A stretch of DNA of 64,000 nucleotides, taken from the NCBI GenBank assembly GCA_904063045.1, contig CAJFCJ010000019.1, positions 1,311,650 through 1,375,649 of the forward strand. The letters run 5' to 3'. Each line of letters opens with the position of its first letter. Position 1 is the first letter of the stretch. Under the pieces are notes generated by a model, which saw only the letters and a list, made by a program, of their open reading frames with translations, made no database searches and was not told the origin of the DNA. Below, one piece after another: positions 48,501-60,466 of the stretch. The DNA comes from Dimorphilus gyrociliatus. Its lineage: Eukaryota; Animalia; Annelida. Made by a program: the position numbers and the translations under genes.

Positions 48501-50242
48501 GTATAAATATTCCTCTCCCATTTGAACCACTAATTAGTTATTAAAAAAATTGGTGAGATTTTTTATTGCCTTGTACATTCTAAATTAAAAAACTCTTACT
48601 TAAAAAACGTTTCATTCTTGATGATCTATATTTTTTAAATTGAGCAACTGCACTGCTCAATAATGGTATTATCAATCTCTGCATAAGTAAAAATAAAATA
48701 AAACATTGTATTATGAGGCTATAATTATAATCTACTTACAGAGTGATCTTCACTTTTCTCGACTTCTAATAAACTTGCCATACCTTCTCTTTCTTTAGTT
48801 GCATCTGGTGGTTCTATGCTTTGATGGCCCTGCCGCCAAGGTCGTTGACCATAGTAGTCTAAGCTTTTTAATTTATCAAGCAGGTTCATATTTGGTTTAT
48901 CAATTTGTGCTTTTCCACGTTCTAGTGCTCTCTTTTTTCTAGTAATTGCATGATTAGCCGCCTGCTGATAATAGAACCCTGGATGCTGTGTCTGAATGGC
49001 TGCCAAACCATTTTTAGTCGCATCGTCGAAAAGGTCTCCAAATATTTGAAATCTTTAGTAGATTATAAAGATTAGTATGTTAAATTAAAAGCATGCATCT
49101 CTTACTGTCTAGACATCCAAGCGCTATGTTCAAAATCTACAGCTACAGGACAAACAAGGGATTTATAAAAATCAACATGTTTCCTAAATTGCTGAATTGC
49201 ATCTAACGGTGCACCCAAATGAAAGGATAGCAAACAAATCTTGTAATTGATAAATCCAGCAATAGTTTTAACTTCTAAAACATTTGTGTCATGTATTCTC
49301 ACGTCCAAGATGTTTATGTAAGCTTGCTTGTAGTGCCTGGAATAATATAACAGCTATAACTGAATTTGCAAAAAGTGTTGGCTGGTGTACTGCTTACTTT
49401 AAAGAGTTCGTACTGTCTTGTTTCAGTTCATTATAAAAAGCAATTTTAAACTGATGACGTACAAAGAGCAATTGATGATTTGTTTTGTTAAGCAATTCCT
49501 TATGACTTTTTACTTTTCTTGCTTGGGAATGATAGTATGACTGAGATAACTCATAGAAAGCATTCTCTAAACGTATAGTGTATCCGAGGAGCTGATCTGA
49601 ATGTGGAAGAACAAATAAAGATTTAGAGCTCAATTCACAGGCATTGCATAAAGCAGCTGCTCTATCTGCTGCGACAACATCATCTCCTGGAGGTAGCGGA
49701 GCATTCTTTTGAATTAATACAACTGCAACCTTAGTAGTTCTTCCAGTAAGACTATTTCTGAAAAAATTGAATCCAATAATCAATAACCAGATATTACACT
49801 GTAATTAAAACAAACCTAATAGTTTCTACTTTTGATGAGCATGCAATTTGTTTTTCCTTCCACATAACTTCGTCCCAATCTAAATCAAAAAAAATAACGA
49901 CTAAAGATGGAACAAGCTCTAGGTGTTTTTTCATCCATTGTCTTTTCACGATGCCTTTCGGAATGTACCATTCATAGGAAGCTCTCTAAATTGTCATCGT
50001 GGTATAGAGTATCAATGAAGAGTTTAAAAATAAATCTTTACCTTCGATTTACACTTAGGGTATACATGTTCTGTATCAAAATGTTTGAAATGTAAAGCAA
50101 CTCTGTCAGGCCTTCTATTAGAGCTGAAAGACTCCCATATGCTTTTATGGATGGAGTTATTGGCTATATCTAAATTAGCTAATATAACCAATCCAACCGG
50201 TCGGATCAACAATTCTTCGGGTAACTCATTTGCCCAAGACAT
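45556..50242 (-). CDS. TRAPPC11: Trafficking protein particle complex subunit 11, multi-exon
   Basis: [67 protein letters not shown] and [11 protein letters not shown] motifs. Last exon [11 protein letters not shown] with TAA at 45556-45558. Confidence 0.93.
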
Positions 50243-50727
50243 CCTATCTAATTTGCTATAATTTTGTATTATAAATCTGATAATATAAAAAAGATTTCAG
50301 ATTCTTTTATCGATTTTCACGAAGTATTTTATCCGTACTTTCGTATAGAGTCATGTAAGCAGAATGTCAAGTTCGTTCTTGAAAGAGGAAAATATAGCTT
50401 CCCTTCAGTAATGTTTACTACAAATCTTCATGGATAAACAACCAGTTGTAAATAAATTTTCTAAGTGAGCGATATTATGAACTTGAATTCAATGGGGGCA
50501 GAAGAAAGTTATTAATATGTATATATTCGAGTCCAGTTCTAGATCCTATTAAGTTTCTGGTATGGTTACATGTTCAACATCGATTCCAGCCGATTCTACA
50601 GCTAACGCCCTCTGCATTCAATAAAGTCAGTCATACCAGTTTCTTTGAATAAATGCCGGGCGATTCATTTTAGTTTTAGGAATTTTTCCAAATCATCGTT
50701 GTTTAGAGTCCCTCTTTAAACCTCACG

Positions 50728-53700
50728 ATGAAGTTAGTTTATAAAATTATCTACTGGTTTATTGATGATACACAATTTAATTAAGTGAACAAAAATATAC
50801 CCATTTCTCTTATGATTTCGTACTAGTCTTAATTTTCGTACTGTAGAATAAACGTTGATGGCCTGTTGGTTTACTTTCCTTACGAATATATTTATCCCGA
50901 GCAGTATGCTTATATGCTTGAACTCAAGAGGTCCCTGGATGCTCAGGTAATTCACTTTAATTGAAAGACGTAATGATACAAAATTGATCTTGAAAACTTT
51001 TAGGGCCACTGTGCACTCGAGATGCCTTCTGGAACAGGAAAGACAGTCACGCTATTATCTTTAATTGTGGCGTATATGAAAGTACTAACACATTTATTTT
51101 GTCACTAATTTAAATTAAAATCATATCTTTTAATAGCAACACCCAGGTGTCATCACTAAATTGATATATTGCTCTCGTACTGTTCCTGAAATAGAAAAAG
51201 TAGTGGGAGAATTAAAACGTCTCGTTGCATATATTGAAGAAGAAACTAAACAATGTGCTAATATTCTTGGACTCTGCCTGAGCTCTCGTAAAAACATGTG
51301 CATCAATGAAAGCGTATGATGATTAATCAAGATTAATCTATATAAATAAATTATGAAATTCCATGTAATGTTGTTACTTTAGGTACTAAAAGCTGTCGAA
51401 GGAAAAGCAATTGATGGAAAATGTCACGCATTAACTGCATCATTTGTCCGTGAAAAGCATAAATCAGATGCGTCAGTTCCAGTCTGTGATTTATTTGAGG
51501 TAATTTATTTAGAAAAAATAAAATGTGCTAATTAACGCCTATTTTTAGATGTTCGATAAAATGGGAAGAGAAACGATTATGCCTCCTGGTGTATATGATT
51601 TAGTATGTATAATTAAACATAAAAGGATCAGGCTCAGCTAAGAAAGAAAAATTTTTCAGAATGAGTTAAAAGATTATGGAAGAAAGAATGGGATGTGTCC
51701 ATATTTTCTAGCAAGATGCGCCGTAGGTAGTTTTTTTTCATTCTGGGTTTTATCTTCATGTTTTAACTTTACACTTACAGATAGGTCATGCCAATGTGAT
51801 CGTTTACAGTTATTACTACTTATTAGACCCTAAAATTGCTGATTTAGTATCCAAAGAACTAACAAAACAAGCTGTTGTTGTCTTTGATGAAGCTCACAAT
51901 ATAGGTAAACACGTCGTAGTACACTATTACTCTACTTTATATTATATTACTCTTTTTGACCTTAGATAACGTTTGTATTGAATCGATGAGTATTACTATG
52001 ACAAAAAGTGTATTGGATAAATGTCAAAATAACATTAAAACGTTACAAGATCAATTAGAAAAGTTTGTTTTGCTTTTTCATTCTTATAACTCTTTAAACT
52101 ATCGGATTTTAGAGCAAAGGATAGAGACACTAATAAATTAAAAAGTGAATACAAACGCCTAGTGGAAGGATTGAAAGATTCCAAAGTAGCACGAGAAACC
52201 GACCTTGTACTGGCTAATCCAGGTGAGAATAGTTATTTAAAAACCAAATTATTAATATATATTCTTTATTTTTTTCAGTTTTACCAGATGTTATCCTGCA
52301 AGAAGCTATACCTGGGAATATTAGAAATGCCCAACACTTTTTAGTATTCCTTAAAAGATTCGTCGAGTACCTAAAAACGAGATTACGCGTTCAACATGTT
52401 GTAGAAGAGAGTCCAGCTAGTTTTCTACGAGACTGCCATCAGAAAGTTTGTATAGAAAGAAAACCATTGAGGTAAGGTGATACTCCTTTCAGTTGTCTTT
52501 TGTAATAATTTGCTTGTTTTTGTAGGTTTTGCAGCGAACGACTACGGTCACTGCTTAGCACATTAGAATTAACTGATCTGCAAGACTTCTCTAGTTGTGG
52601 CCTGATTGCCAATTTTGCAACAATGATTTCTTCATATACGAAAGGTAAAGTTAATAATAGTTTGTAATTCTAATTTCGTTTTTTTATGATGACAAGTCTC
52701 CTGCGCAAATCTGATTATTGCCGGCCTTAGCTCGGTAGCTTGATCAAAATGGAATGTGTTCTAAAGAACACGCTCTGATAATATTTAATCAATATTTATG
52801 TAACAATAATTTCTTTAAATTCTCTAACAACTCTTTTATTCCTTTTTTAAGGATTCACTCTTCTAATTGAACCATTTGACGACCGAACTCCAACCATATT
52901 CAATCCAATTATGCACTTCAGTTGTTTAGATGCTTCTATCGCGATTAAACCTGTTTTTAACAGATTTCAATCTGTTGTTATAACATCAGGAGCAAGTTTT
53001 TCACTTTTCACCTATGATTCTTTCATTATTTTTATTTTTTATAGACCTTGTCTCCACTTGAAATATACCCAAAAATACTGGACTTTCGTCCTGTAACTAT
53101 GGCATCTTTTACTATGACACTAGCAAGAGAATGTGTTTGCCCTCTAGTTATAAGTCGGGGTTCAGACCAAGTCACCGTAACAACCAAATTCGAAAATCGA
53201 GAAGACCAAGGTATTATCATGATTTAGCCCTAAATATTAGCAATAATTGCTACTATCAATAGCTGTTATTCGAAATTACGGAAATATTTTGGCTGAAATG
53301 AGTGCCATAGTACCTGATGGAATAGTTGCCTTCTTCCCAAGTTATGGCTATATGGTAAAACAATAGTTTATTGACCATCAACATATAATAACTACAATAA
53401 ATCTTTTAGGAACAAATTGTTTCGTCGTGGCACGATCAGGGAATTATAGATCAAATTCAAAGATTCAAACTTGTTTTCATAGAATCTCAGGATGCAGCCG
53501 AAACAACGATGGCCCTTGCTAATTATCAAAAAGCCTGTGAGAATGGACGTGGAGCAGTGCTTCTGTCAGTTGCAAGGGGAAAAGTTTCAGAGGGTATAGA
53601 TTTTGATCACCATCTTGGAAGAGCTGTTATTATGTTTGGAGTCCCATACGTGTATACTCAAAGTCGAAAATTAAGAGCAAGGCTGGGATATCTTAGAGAT

Positions 53701-54183
53701 CAATTTCATATTAGGGAGAATGATTTTCTAACGTTTGATGCAATGCGGCACGCTGCTCAGTGCGTTGGTCGTGCCCTCCGTGGTAAAACAGATTACGGCA
53801 TAATGCTTCTTGCAGATAAGGTAGAAAACGTAGTTTGAGAAGTAAACATTACCTAATCAAATGCTGTTGCGCTAACAGAGATTTGGGAGAGCTGATAAGA
53901 AAAAAAAGTTACCGAGATGGATTCAAGAGCACTTGAAGGAGTCAATGTGTAACCTATCAACTGACGAGGCTATTCAAGTATCTAAAAGATTTCTTCGATC
54001 AATGGCGCAACCTTTCAATAGAGTATGAAAACTTATTAAAATATAATGTTTATTTAATGTAACATAATTTTTTAGGACGATCAACTAGGATTATCCCTAT
54101 TAACCTTCGAGCAATTACAAAGTACAGATATCCTGAAAAGGATTGAGCAGAAAATTCAAGCAGTACAACCGGATGCAAATTAA
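50728..54183 (+). CDS. ERCC2: TFIIH/NER Fe-S DNA helicase XPD, multi-exon
   Basis: 5-nt first exon ATGAA, then [19 protein letters not shown]; EMPSGTGKT; four Fe-S cysteines; DEAH; [13 protein letters not shown]; [15 protein letters not shown]; ends DQLGLSLL...PDAN with TAA at 54181-54183. Confidence 0.97.
52686..52778 (+). ncRNA. Candidate intronic box C/D snoRNA/scaRNA
   Basis: Box C ATGATGA 52686-52692, D' CTGA 52711-52714, C'-like TGATCA 52741-52746, box D CTGA 52775-52778. It sits in an unusually long (207 bp) ERCC2 intron, 73 nt upstream of the 3' splice site. Confidence 0.65.
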
Positions 54184-57100
54184 TGTTTAAGTAATTTAGC
54201 TAATAACTCTTTTCTATCTGATTCGTATTTGGTAACTTTTTTAGCATATGCGCATTCTTGTTTGAGAATACTTAGAAGATTTCCAATATGTCTTGGTATA
54301 CTTTGTAATCTGTCGCAAGAAGGTACATTAAGTAAATCATGAAACAGATCTTTCCACATTTTTGAACCGTTTACATATCTAAAAAGGAAAAAAATAAAAA
54401 AATTATGTTATGTTTAATATTTAAGGGATGGATGTAATGAACCTTTTGACATTTTCATTCGGGTACCACATTCCATTTTTCTGATGGACTTCCATATACT
54501 TGCCAAAGTGTAACAGATACAATATTCCTGCCACACCAAAATAGTCTGTTTGAAATTTCCATGGTTTATTTGTTCTCATTTCAATACACATGTCCGTTGT
54601 TGTCTTTGCTGTAAACGTAGTCCCCTCTTTGAATAGATTCATGTCAATCATTCTACCCAAATCTATTAAGGCTATGCATTTAGTTTCTGATTTATACATA
54701 GCAGACGGATCATGCAAAGCTTCTGCTTGTAAACTTGGTCTAAATTAAATGAGGTAACGTAAATTACGGATGGACAGATTTGTTCATTAAACTACTCACA
54801 TATCTCTTATCAATACGTTATCCGCTTTCAAATCAGCGTGTATTAAATTGAATGAATGAAGTCGGTCGATAATAATCAAAAGATCTATTGCGATCATAAG
54901 AATCAGAATCATATTGTCGGTGCGATTATCAGTGGCGTTGACAAAATCCTAGAAAGAAAATTATTTAATAATCTAAAAAGTTAGCATTATAACATAAAAT
55001 TTTTATACTTACAACCAATGAACCATACTTGAACCTATTGCAAATAAATAAACTACCATTTTCGTAGAAAAATCCATCCTTGATTTCAATAATCGCATTT
55101 TTCTGAAAAAAGTTGTTCATATAATAATATCACTTGCCTGCAAAGTAAAAAACGCTTACTATAGATGGTAAAATAAGACAAGACTCTATTTTTTTTTGAC
55201 ATTCATTTAAAACGTAGAATTCCCAAACGTTTAATCTATCTTTTTGAACTTTGAAAACGAAATTATCATTTCCTTCTTCATCCTCGACAGCGTATACTGA
55301 AGAAAATGCCCCTTCACCTAACTTTTGTAATATTCTCCAATTTTCCCCTCCGACATTTGTTGTACTTTTTACTCGAATTAAAGGAAGCATTGCATTCATT
55401 TGATGATAATTTACATAACGTAAAAGATTTTTTTTACCATATCGTTCGATCAATCTTTCTTCAAATCTATCATCAAAAGGGTTGTTTGTTCTTAAATATA
55501 TAGAATCATTTTGAATATTCATCAAAGAGTGATTTAGTCCATCTGAAGTTATTGACAGAGAATGATAGTGCGAAGATTCATTGAGGGATACTGAAGATGC
55601 AGACGAAGCCGAGGAAGCAGAGGAATGGGTGGAGATAGTTGAAACTTCAGTACTAACTTCTTGAATGGGACTAAGATATTTAGAGTCAATTCTAGCGGTT
55701 TTGGTATTTGCTCTTTGATCTCTCGAATTATTTGATGTGTCTGAATCATTTTTCACAACAAGACCCGCATTTTCTTTGTCATCCTGAATCGCATCTGCAT
55801 AATTATTTGTTTTCAATATTTCTTTGTTAGCTGGTTTTGAAGGAGTTGGAGAATCTACGAAAATGTCAAAGTCTTTTATTTTGCTTGGTACAGCGAAATT
55901 AGGAATCTTTTCATGTTTCTCTTCTTTCGAACACTCTATATGAGAATCCATAAAAATTTCAAAATCATCTACTTTTAGGCATGGAGCCGCAAGTGAGTCA
56001 TCCATCTCGTCGGTATTACTAACAAAAGGTTTTTTTGAATATTGGTTGCTGTTGTAAAATAATTAATTTTTGTTTATCAAATAATTTTGATTGACTCTTA
56101 TTACCTATTAGTATCATTAAAGATTTCAAAATCTGGAGGTTTTTGAGTTCTTTTTTGATTGTTTGACGGAATAATATTGAGATCCGACGATACTTCATCT
56201 TAGAGAGTGAATTAAAAATTAAAATAAACTATAGACCTACTTGTTTTCCTTACCTTTTTCTATAAAGTTTGTGTCATCTAGGAAAACGCTGTAAGATTGA
56301 TTAACTGCACATGACATCAATTTTCTTGCCTGGAAAGTGTTTGGTGTTTGGACGGACCTCCTCTTCAAGTCACCATAGCTATCCTATGTAAAATAACAAA
56401 TTGAAACCAATTGGGAATAGCGAAAATATCTAATTTTACCAGCTTAAAGTTGTCCTTTTGAGGAGTTTTTGGAATCAAGCTAGACAAAGCGTCCGATCCT
56501 AAAATTCCAAGAGAATCTTGACCGGAGCTATTTCTAACAGAATTCGATAGACTAGATGATGTTTTAGAATTCTTTAAAGTAGACCCCGAAAGATCTGTTT
56601 TATCCCAATCGACACTATCAGCGGACGTAAGGGATTGTAATATATCTGATAGAAGTGTTAATTAGCCTTAGCAGTTAGAATGAGGGATACGAAATTATCG
56701 CTTTACCTTGACGTCTATCCTTTCCACTTTTTCTATAAAATTCAAGTCTCCACTCTTCAATACATCTTTCAAAGCAACCATCATATAGCAATTCATAATT
56801 AACGGAAATTTTTCTACCATCGCTTTGGAATAAACTCTTTATCCGCGATCTGTTTATCGAAATAACACATGTTTCAAAATATTTAAGTTGCATGTATTTT
56901 TTAATCAAGATATAAAAAGGACTACGGAAATTTATCTACGGTTTAATCTCTGAATAGTAGAACATTACTTGACTCGGTTTTCTTGACGTAAATAACGATA
57001 CTCTTCAAACGACATTTCCTCCATTCCGCCATACAAGACATCCCAATCAACGATTATTCCTTTTGCGTCTTCCGGCCTTTCTGGTTTAGTAACATCACTT

Positions 57101-58564
57101 GAGGCGACTTCCAATGTCTTTTTCTTTTTTTCAGTTAGGACTGGAATGTTTAACGTTGGTGGATTTGACTGAGGAGGTTTCTCAACAGTCCTGTGTAAAC
57201 AAAAAATATATTGTTTACAGAAAATTTCAAATTTCAAAGTAATTACTGTGGAATATCATCATGAAATACTTCAAAATCAACATTTCTTGGTGCATCTGTC
57301 ATCGTTAGAGACTTACATACCTTTTGCTTTACCTATATTGTTAAAACAAGCATAGTTGAACATGTATTAGAAATAGTAATGATGTGTTACTTACTCGTTG
57401 CCCTCCGATTTTTAACATTTGCTGTTCATTTTCCTTCATATCAGATCTTTTGGGCATAGAGTTCCAAGGAACAACGGGGGTTTTTTCCACCTCACCATTC
57501 TCATCAATTCTGACTGCCGCGTTAGTCTTTTTGGTTGAATTATGAACGGAATATGTTCCTGGTTCAAATAAAGGTTAAAAAAAAGCCTTAAAAAGTATTT
57601 TTTAACAAACCAGCTGCTCTATCTGTAGTACGATCGATTGTAGCGTGATGTTTCTTGCCAACAGTTTTAAGTTCACCGAAAGCTCTACGGGATTCAGTAG
57701 TGGATTCCTCATCATCATTTCCAACACTGGTCTTTCTCTCATTCAGGAATCTGAGAGTGAATGCTTTCTAATCATGACTAGATATGAAATTCATAAACTT
57801 ACTGAATAGTTTTAATTAAGTCCTCTAAGGGTTCAGCGCCCACATCAAAACCAGTTTTGCAAATTTTAATTGCTTTATCCCAGTTTCCTTGAGTTGCGAA
57901 GTATTTACACCATTCTATATAAAAATAAGCGCAATTTTTCCCGATTGCTTTTGAATTATAGAAAAGAAAAATCGATGGTACGTCGGTATTCTTCAAAGCC
58001 TGTTGGGTATAATAACAATGAAAAGAATGAATATCATTAAACACATTTGTCCTCTTACCACTCTTATGCATATTTTTATGAAACGTATGTCATTTTTGTA
58101 AGCAGAATCATCCTGAAACTTTTGAACGGCTTTAGATAGTAACCTTTCTATATTGCCATCTCCCAATGGATAGTTTTGATCGACCCATTCAATATATCTG
58201 AAACAGGTAAATAAAAGTAAAGGGAAATAGAGCGATTAGATCTTACTTAATCCAAATATGCAACGGGTCTTCATGTTCCAAACGGAGTTGTTTTTCAAAT
58301 GCCCTGTAGTTAAAACATATCTAGAATAGAAATTTGATTGATATTAACAAGAAATTGCACATACTCTCTTTGCCGTCTTAAGATAGAAGATTTTTCAGCA
58401 GTGCTAGGTGTAGACGGAACAGTTGATAAACTTCCATTTCGACTTGGAGTCGCTAGGGCACTATTCAAAGCTTCTATTCTTCTACCTTGTCTAAGGGGCT
58501 GAACATTTTCTTTACTTTCTTCCCAACAGTATTCCTCTTCTCCATTATTTTCGTCGTTACTCAT
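54180..58564 (-). CDS. BUB1: Spindle-checkpoint protein with both BubR1/Mad3 motifs and an intact Bub1-type kinase (MadBub), multi-exon
   Basis: WEESKENVQPLRQGR, TPR region, second KEN, GLEBS-like EEMSFEEYR, LSPIQE; kinase motifs GEGAFSSVY, VFKVQ, HADLKADN, IDLGR and FQTDYFG; TAA at 54182-54180. Confidence 0.92.
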
Positions 58565-58639
58565 GACAGCTTAAAATTGCTTTTTTTCTTAATCTAAAAT
58601 CGCTTTTATATATGTGACAAAGCGCGGTTCATTATTTTG

Positions 58640-58660
58640 AACCGTTACCGGAAGTAGAAC
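58640..58660. promoter_or_regulatory. ETS/GABP-type motif in the BUB1/TSNAX bidirectional promoter
   Basis: CCGGAAGT at 58648-58655 in the 307-bp gap between divergent ATGs. Confidence 0.5.
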
Positions 58661-58871
58661 CCACTTTTAGATATTTTTAATTTAAATTAAAACTTAATTT
58701 TGTGTCTATAAGCTGTTTTTAATATAAGTAAATTATGCGTAAAAAGTAATTTAAAAAATTATTTCTTAGTAAAATTCTAACAACAGATTTAAAGATTTAA
58801 GAAAACGGGTATAAACAAAGACAATTTTACTTGTTAGAAACTTTGATAAATAAATATACGAATTACAAAAT

Positions 58872-59967
58872 ATGGAAAAAGAAACCACGGAAGATAGCAC
58901 TAAAGGTTTGAAAATAACTTAAAGATATGATGAAAGGGAAATTAACATTAGAAATAGTTGTTTCCCATGAAATTGACCGATAATATATTGGCGTGATAAA
59001 TGTAAATTATAGATTCGACAAAAGATAATGATTGTTGAAGTTGTTATTTTTAAAATTGCAACTTTTCTTAATGTATATATTTTCAATATAAACTATAATT
59101 TATTAGTTAAACATAATTCTGGGGAGAGTCGACGGAGACAGAAGTATAAAAGTCATAAATACAAGGATGACGACATTCCGAAAACTCCTCTGATGATGTC
59201 TTTTACTTCCTATCGTACTGATCTGGATGCAAAGCATGATAAAAGTGAACGTTTGGTAAAACTCAGTCGAGATATAACGATTGAGAGTAAACGCGTAATA
59301 TTTTTGCTCCACCGTACAACAAAGTGAGCAATTATGCGTATGTAATGCTATTCAATTATGATGTTTAATCATATTTTTAGAGAGGACAAATCTAATTTGA
59401 TTTTAGAAGCTGACAAGAAACTTCACTCATTAGAGCAAAGTCATTGGAAAAATGTTGCTTTAGAACTGCATGGTGAGGATATATATCTTTTCTTAAGAAG
59501 CTACACTCAAGGTTTGAAAAGAATTTCATAAAACTTTAGCAATGAATGACTTTCAAAATTATTTCCTAGGTTTGCAAGAATATGTTGAAGCAGTTTCTTT
59601 TTTATATTACTTAAAGCACAAGGATTTAGTTCCACTCTCCATTGTTAAAGATAGTTTAACATTCCACAATGTAGACAGTGGTGCTGTTACCACTAAAACG
59701 ATCTCTGTCGAAGTTCCAATCATTGATTTTGCATTGGGACTAACAGACTTAGGTGGAGAATTAATGAGACTAGCTATAAATAGTATTGGAGTAGGAGATT
59801 TTACTACACCTAAGGAAATTTGTTCGTTTCTTCGAGCTTTCTACGATGGCCTTATGAACTTTCGTGCTACAAACTGGCAGATGAACAAAAAATTGCAAGT
59901 CCTCAGAAACAGTCTATCGAAAGTAGAAAATGCGTGTTACACACTAAAGGTATCTTATATTAAATGT

Positions 59968-60011
<44 letters not shown>

Positions 60012-60143
60012 GACTTTTTTGCTGATAATATCAATAATATATGTTAATAGATTAGAGGGTCTGAAGCTCCGAAAGAACTTTTAAGGGATTTAGTATCGAG
60101 TGTTTCTACAACAACGTGCAACACAGACGAGTATGACAATTAA
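58872..60143 (+). CDS. TSNAX: Translin-associated factor X (TRAX, C3PO subunit), 5 exons
   Basis: [31 protein letters not shown]; catalytic-type GLQEYVEA and [11 protein letters not shown]; [26 protein letters not shown]; TAA at 60141-60143. Confidence 0.93.
59972..60010. repeat. (TA)n microsatellite in the last TSNAX intron
   Basis: Perfect TA run visible in the sequence. Confidence 0.95.
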
Positions 60144-60466
60144 GACCGTTCCCATAAATAGACTTTCAGCTTCTTTCTTATATATAATAATGTTAAACAT
60201 TGATGTTGTTTATTTCTGCAAATATCAAACTCTGACTAGCATTTTGCTGTATGTCCGATAAATGGACGAATAAAAGAAAGTTTCTTTATATTCTTATACT
60301 GTATTTGTAATCAAAAGTTGTATGTACACTCAGATTCATAACTTCTGATCTCTCTCTGATATGTTAGCAAGAAGTTGTTTACAGACAAATAGTTTGACAA
60401 TCACAACATGCAAAAAACATTCGATAGGAAATTTCATCCTTTCTCTTCTACCATATTAAGTCCTTT

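Noticed and set aside
58906-59106. Box C (ATGATGA 58927) and a GGGAAA/TTTCCC hairpin in the 200-bp first TSNAX intron
   Set aside because: There is no canonical CTGA box D downstream and no convincing H/ACA layout; too weak to call without small-RNA data.
59950-60050. TSNAX intron donor GTATCTTA resembling the U12-type GTATCCTT
   Set aside because: It is an imperfect match and there is no TCCTTAAC-type branch site near the acceptor.
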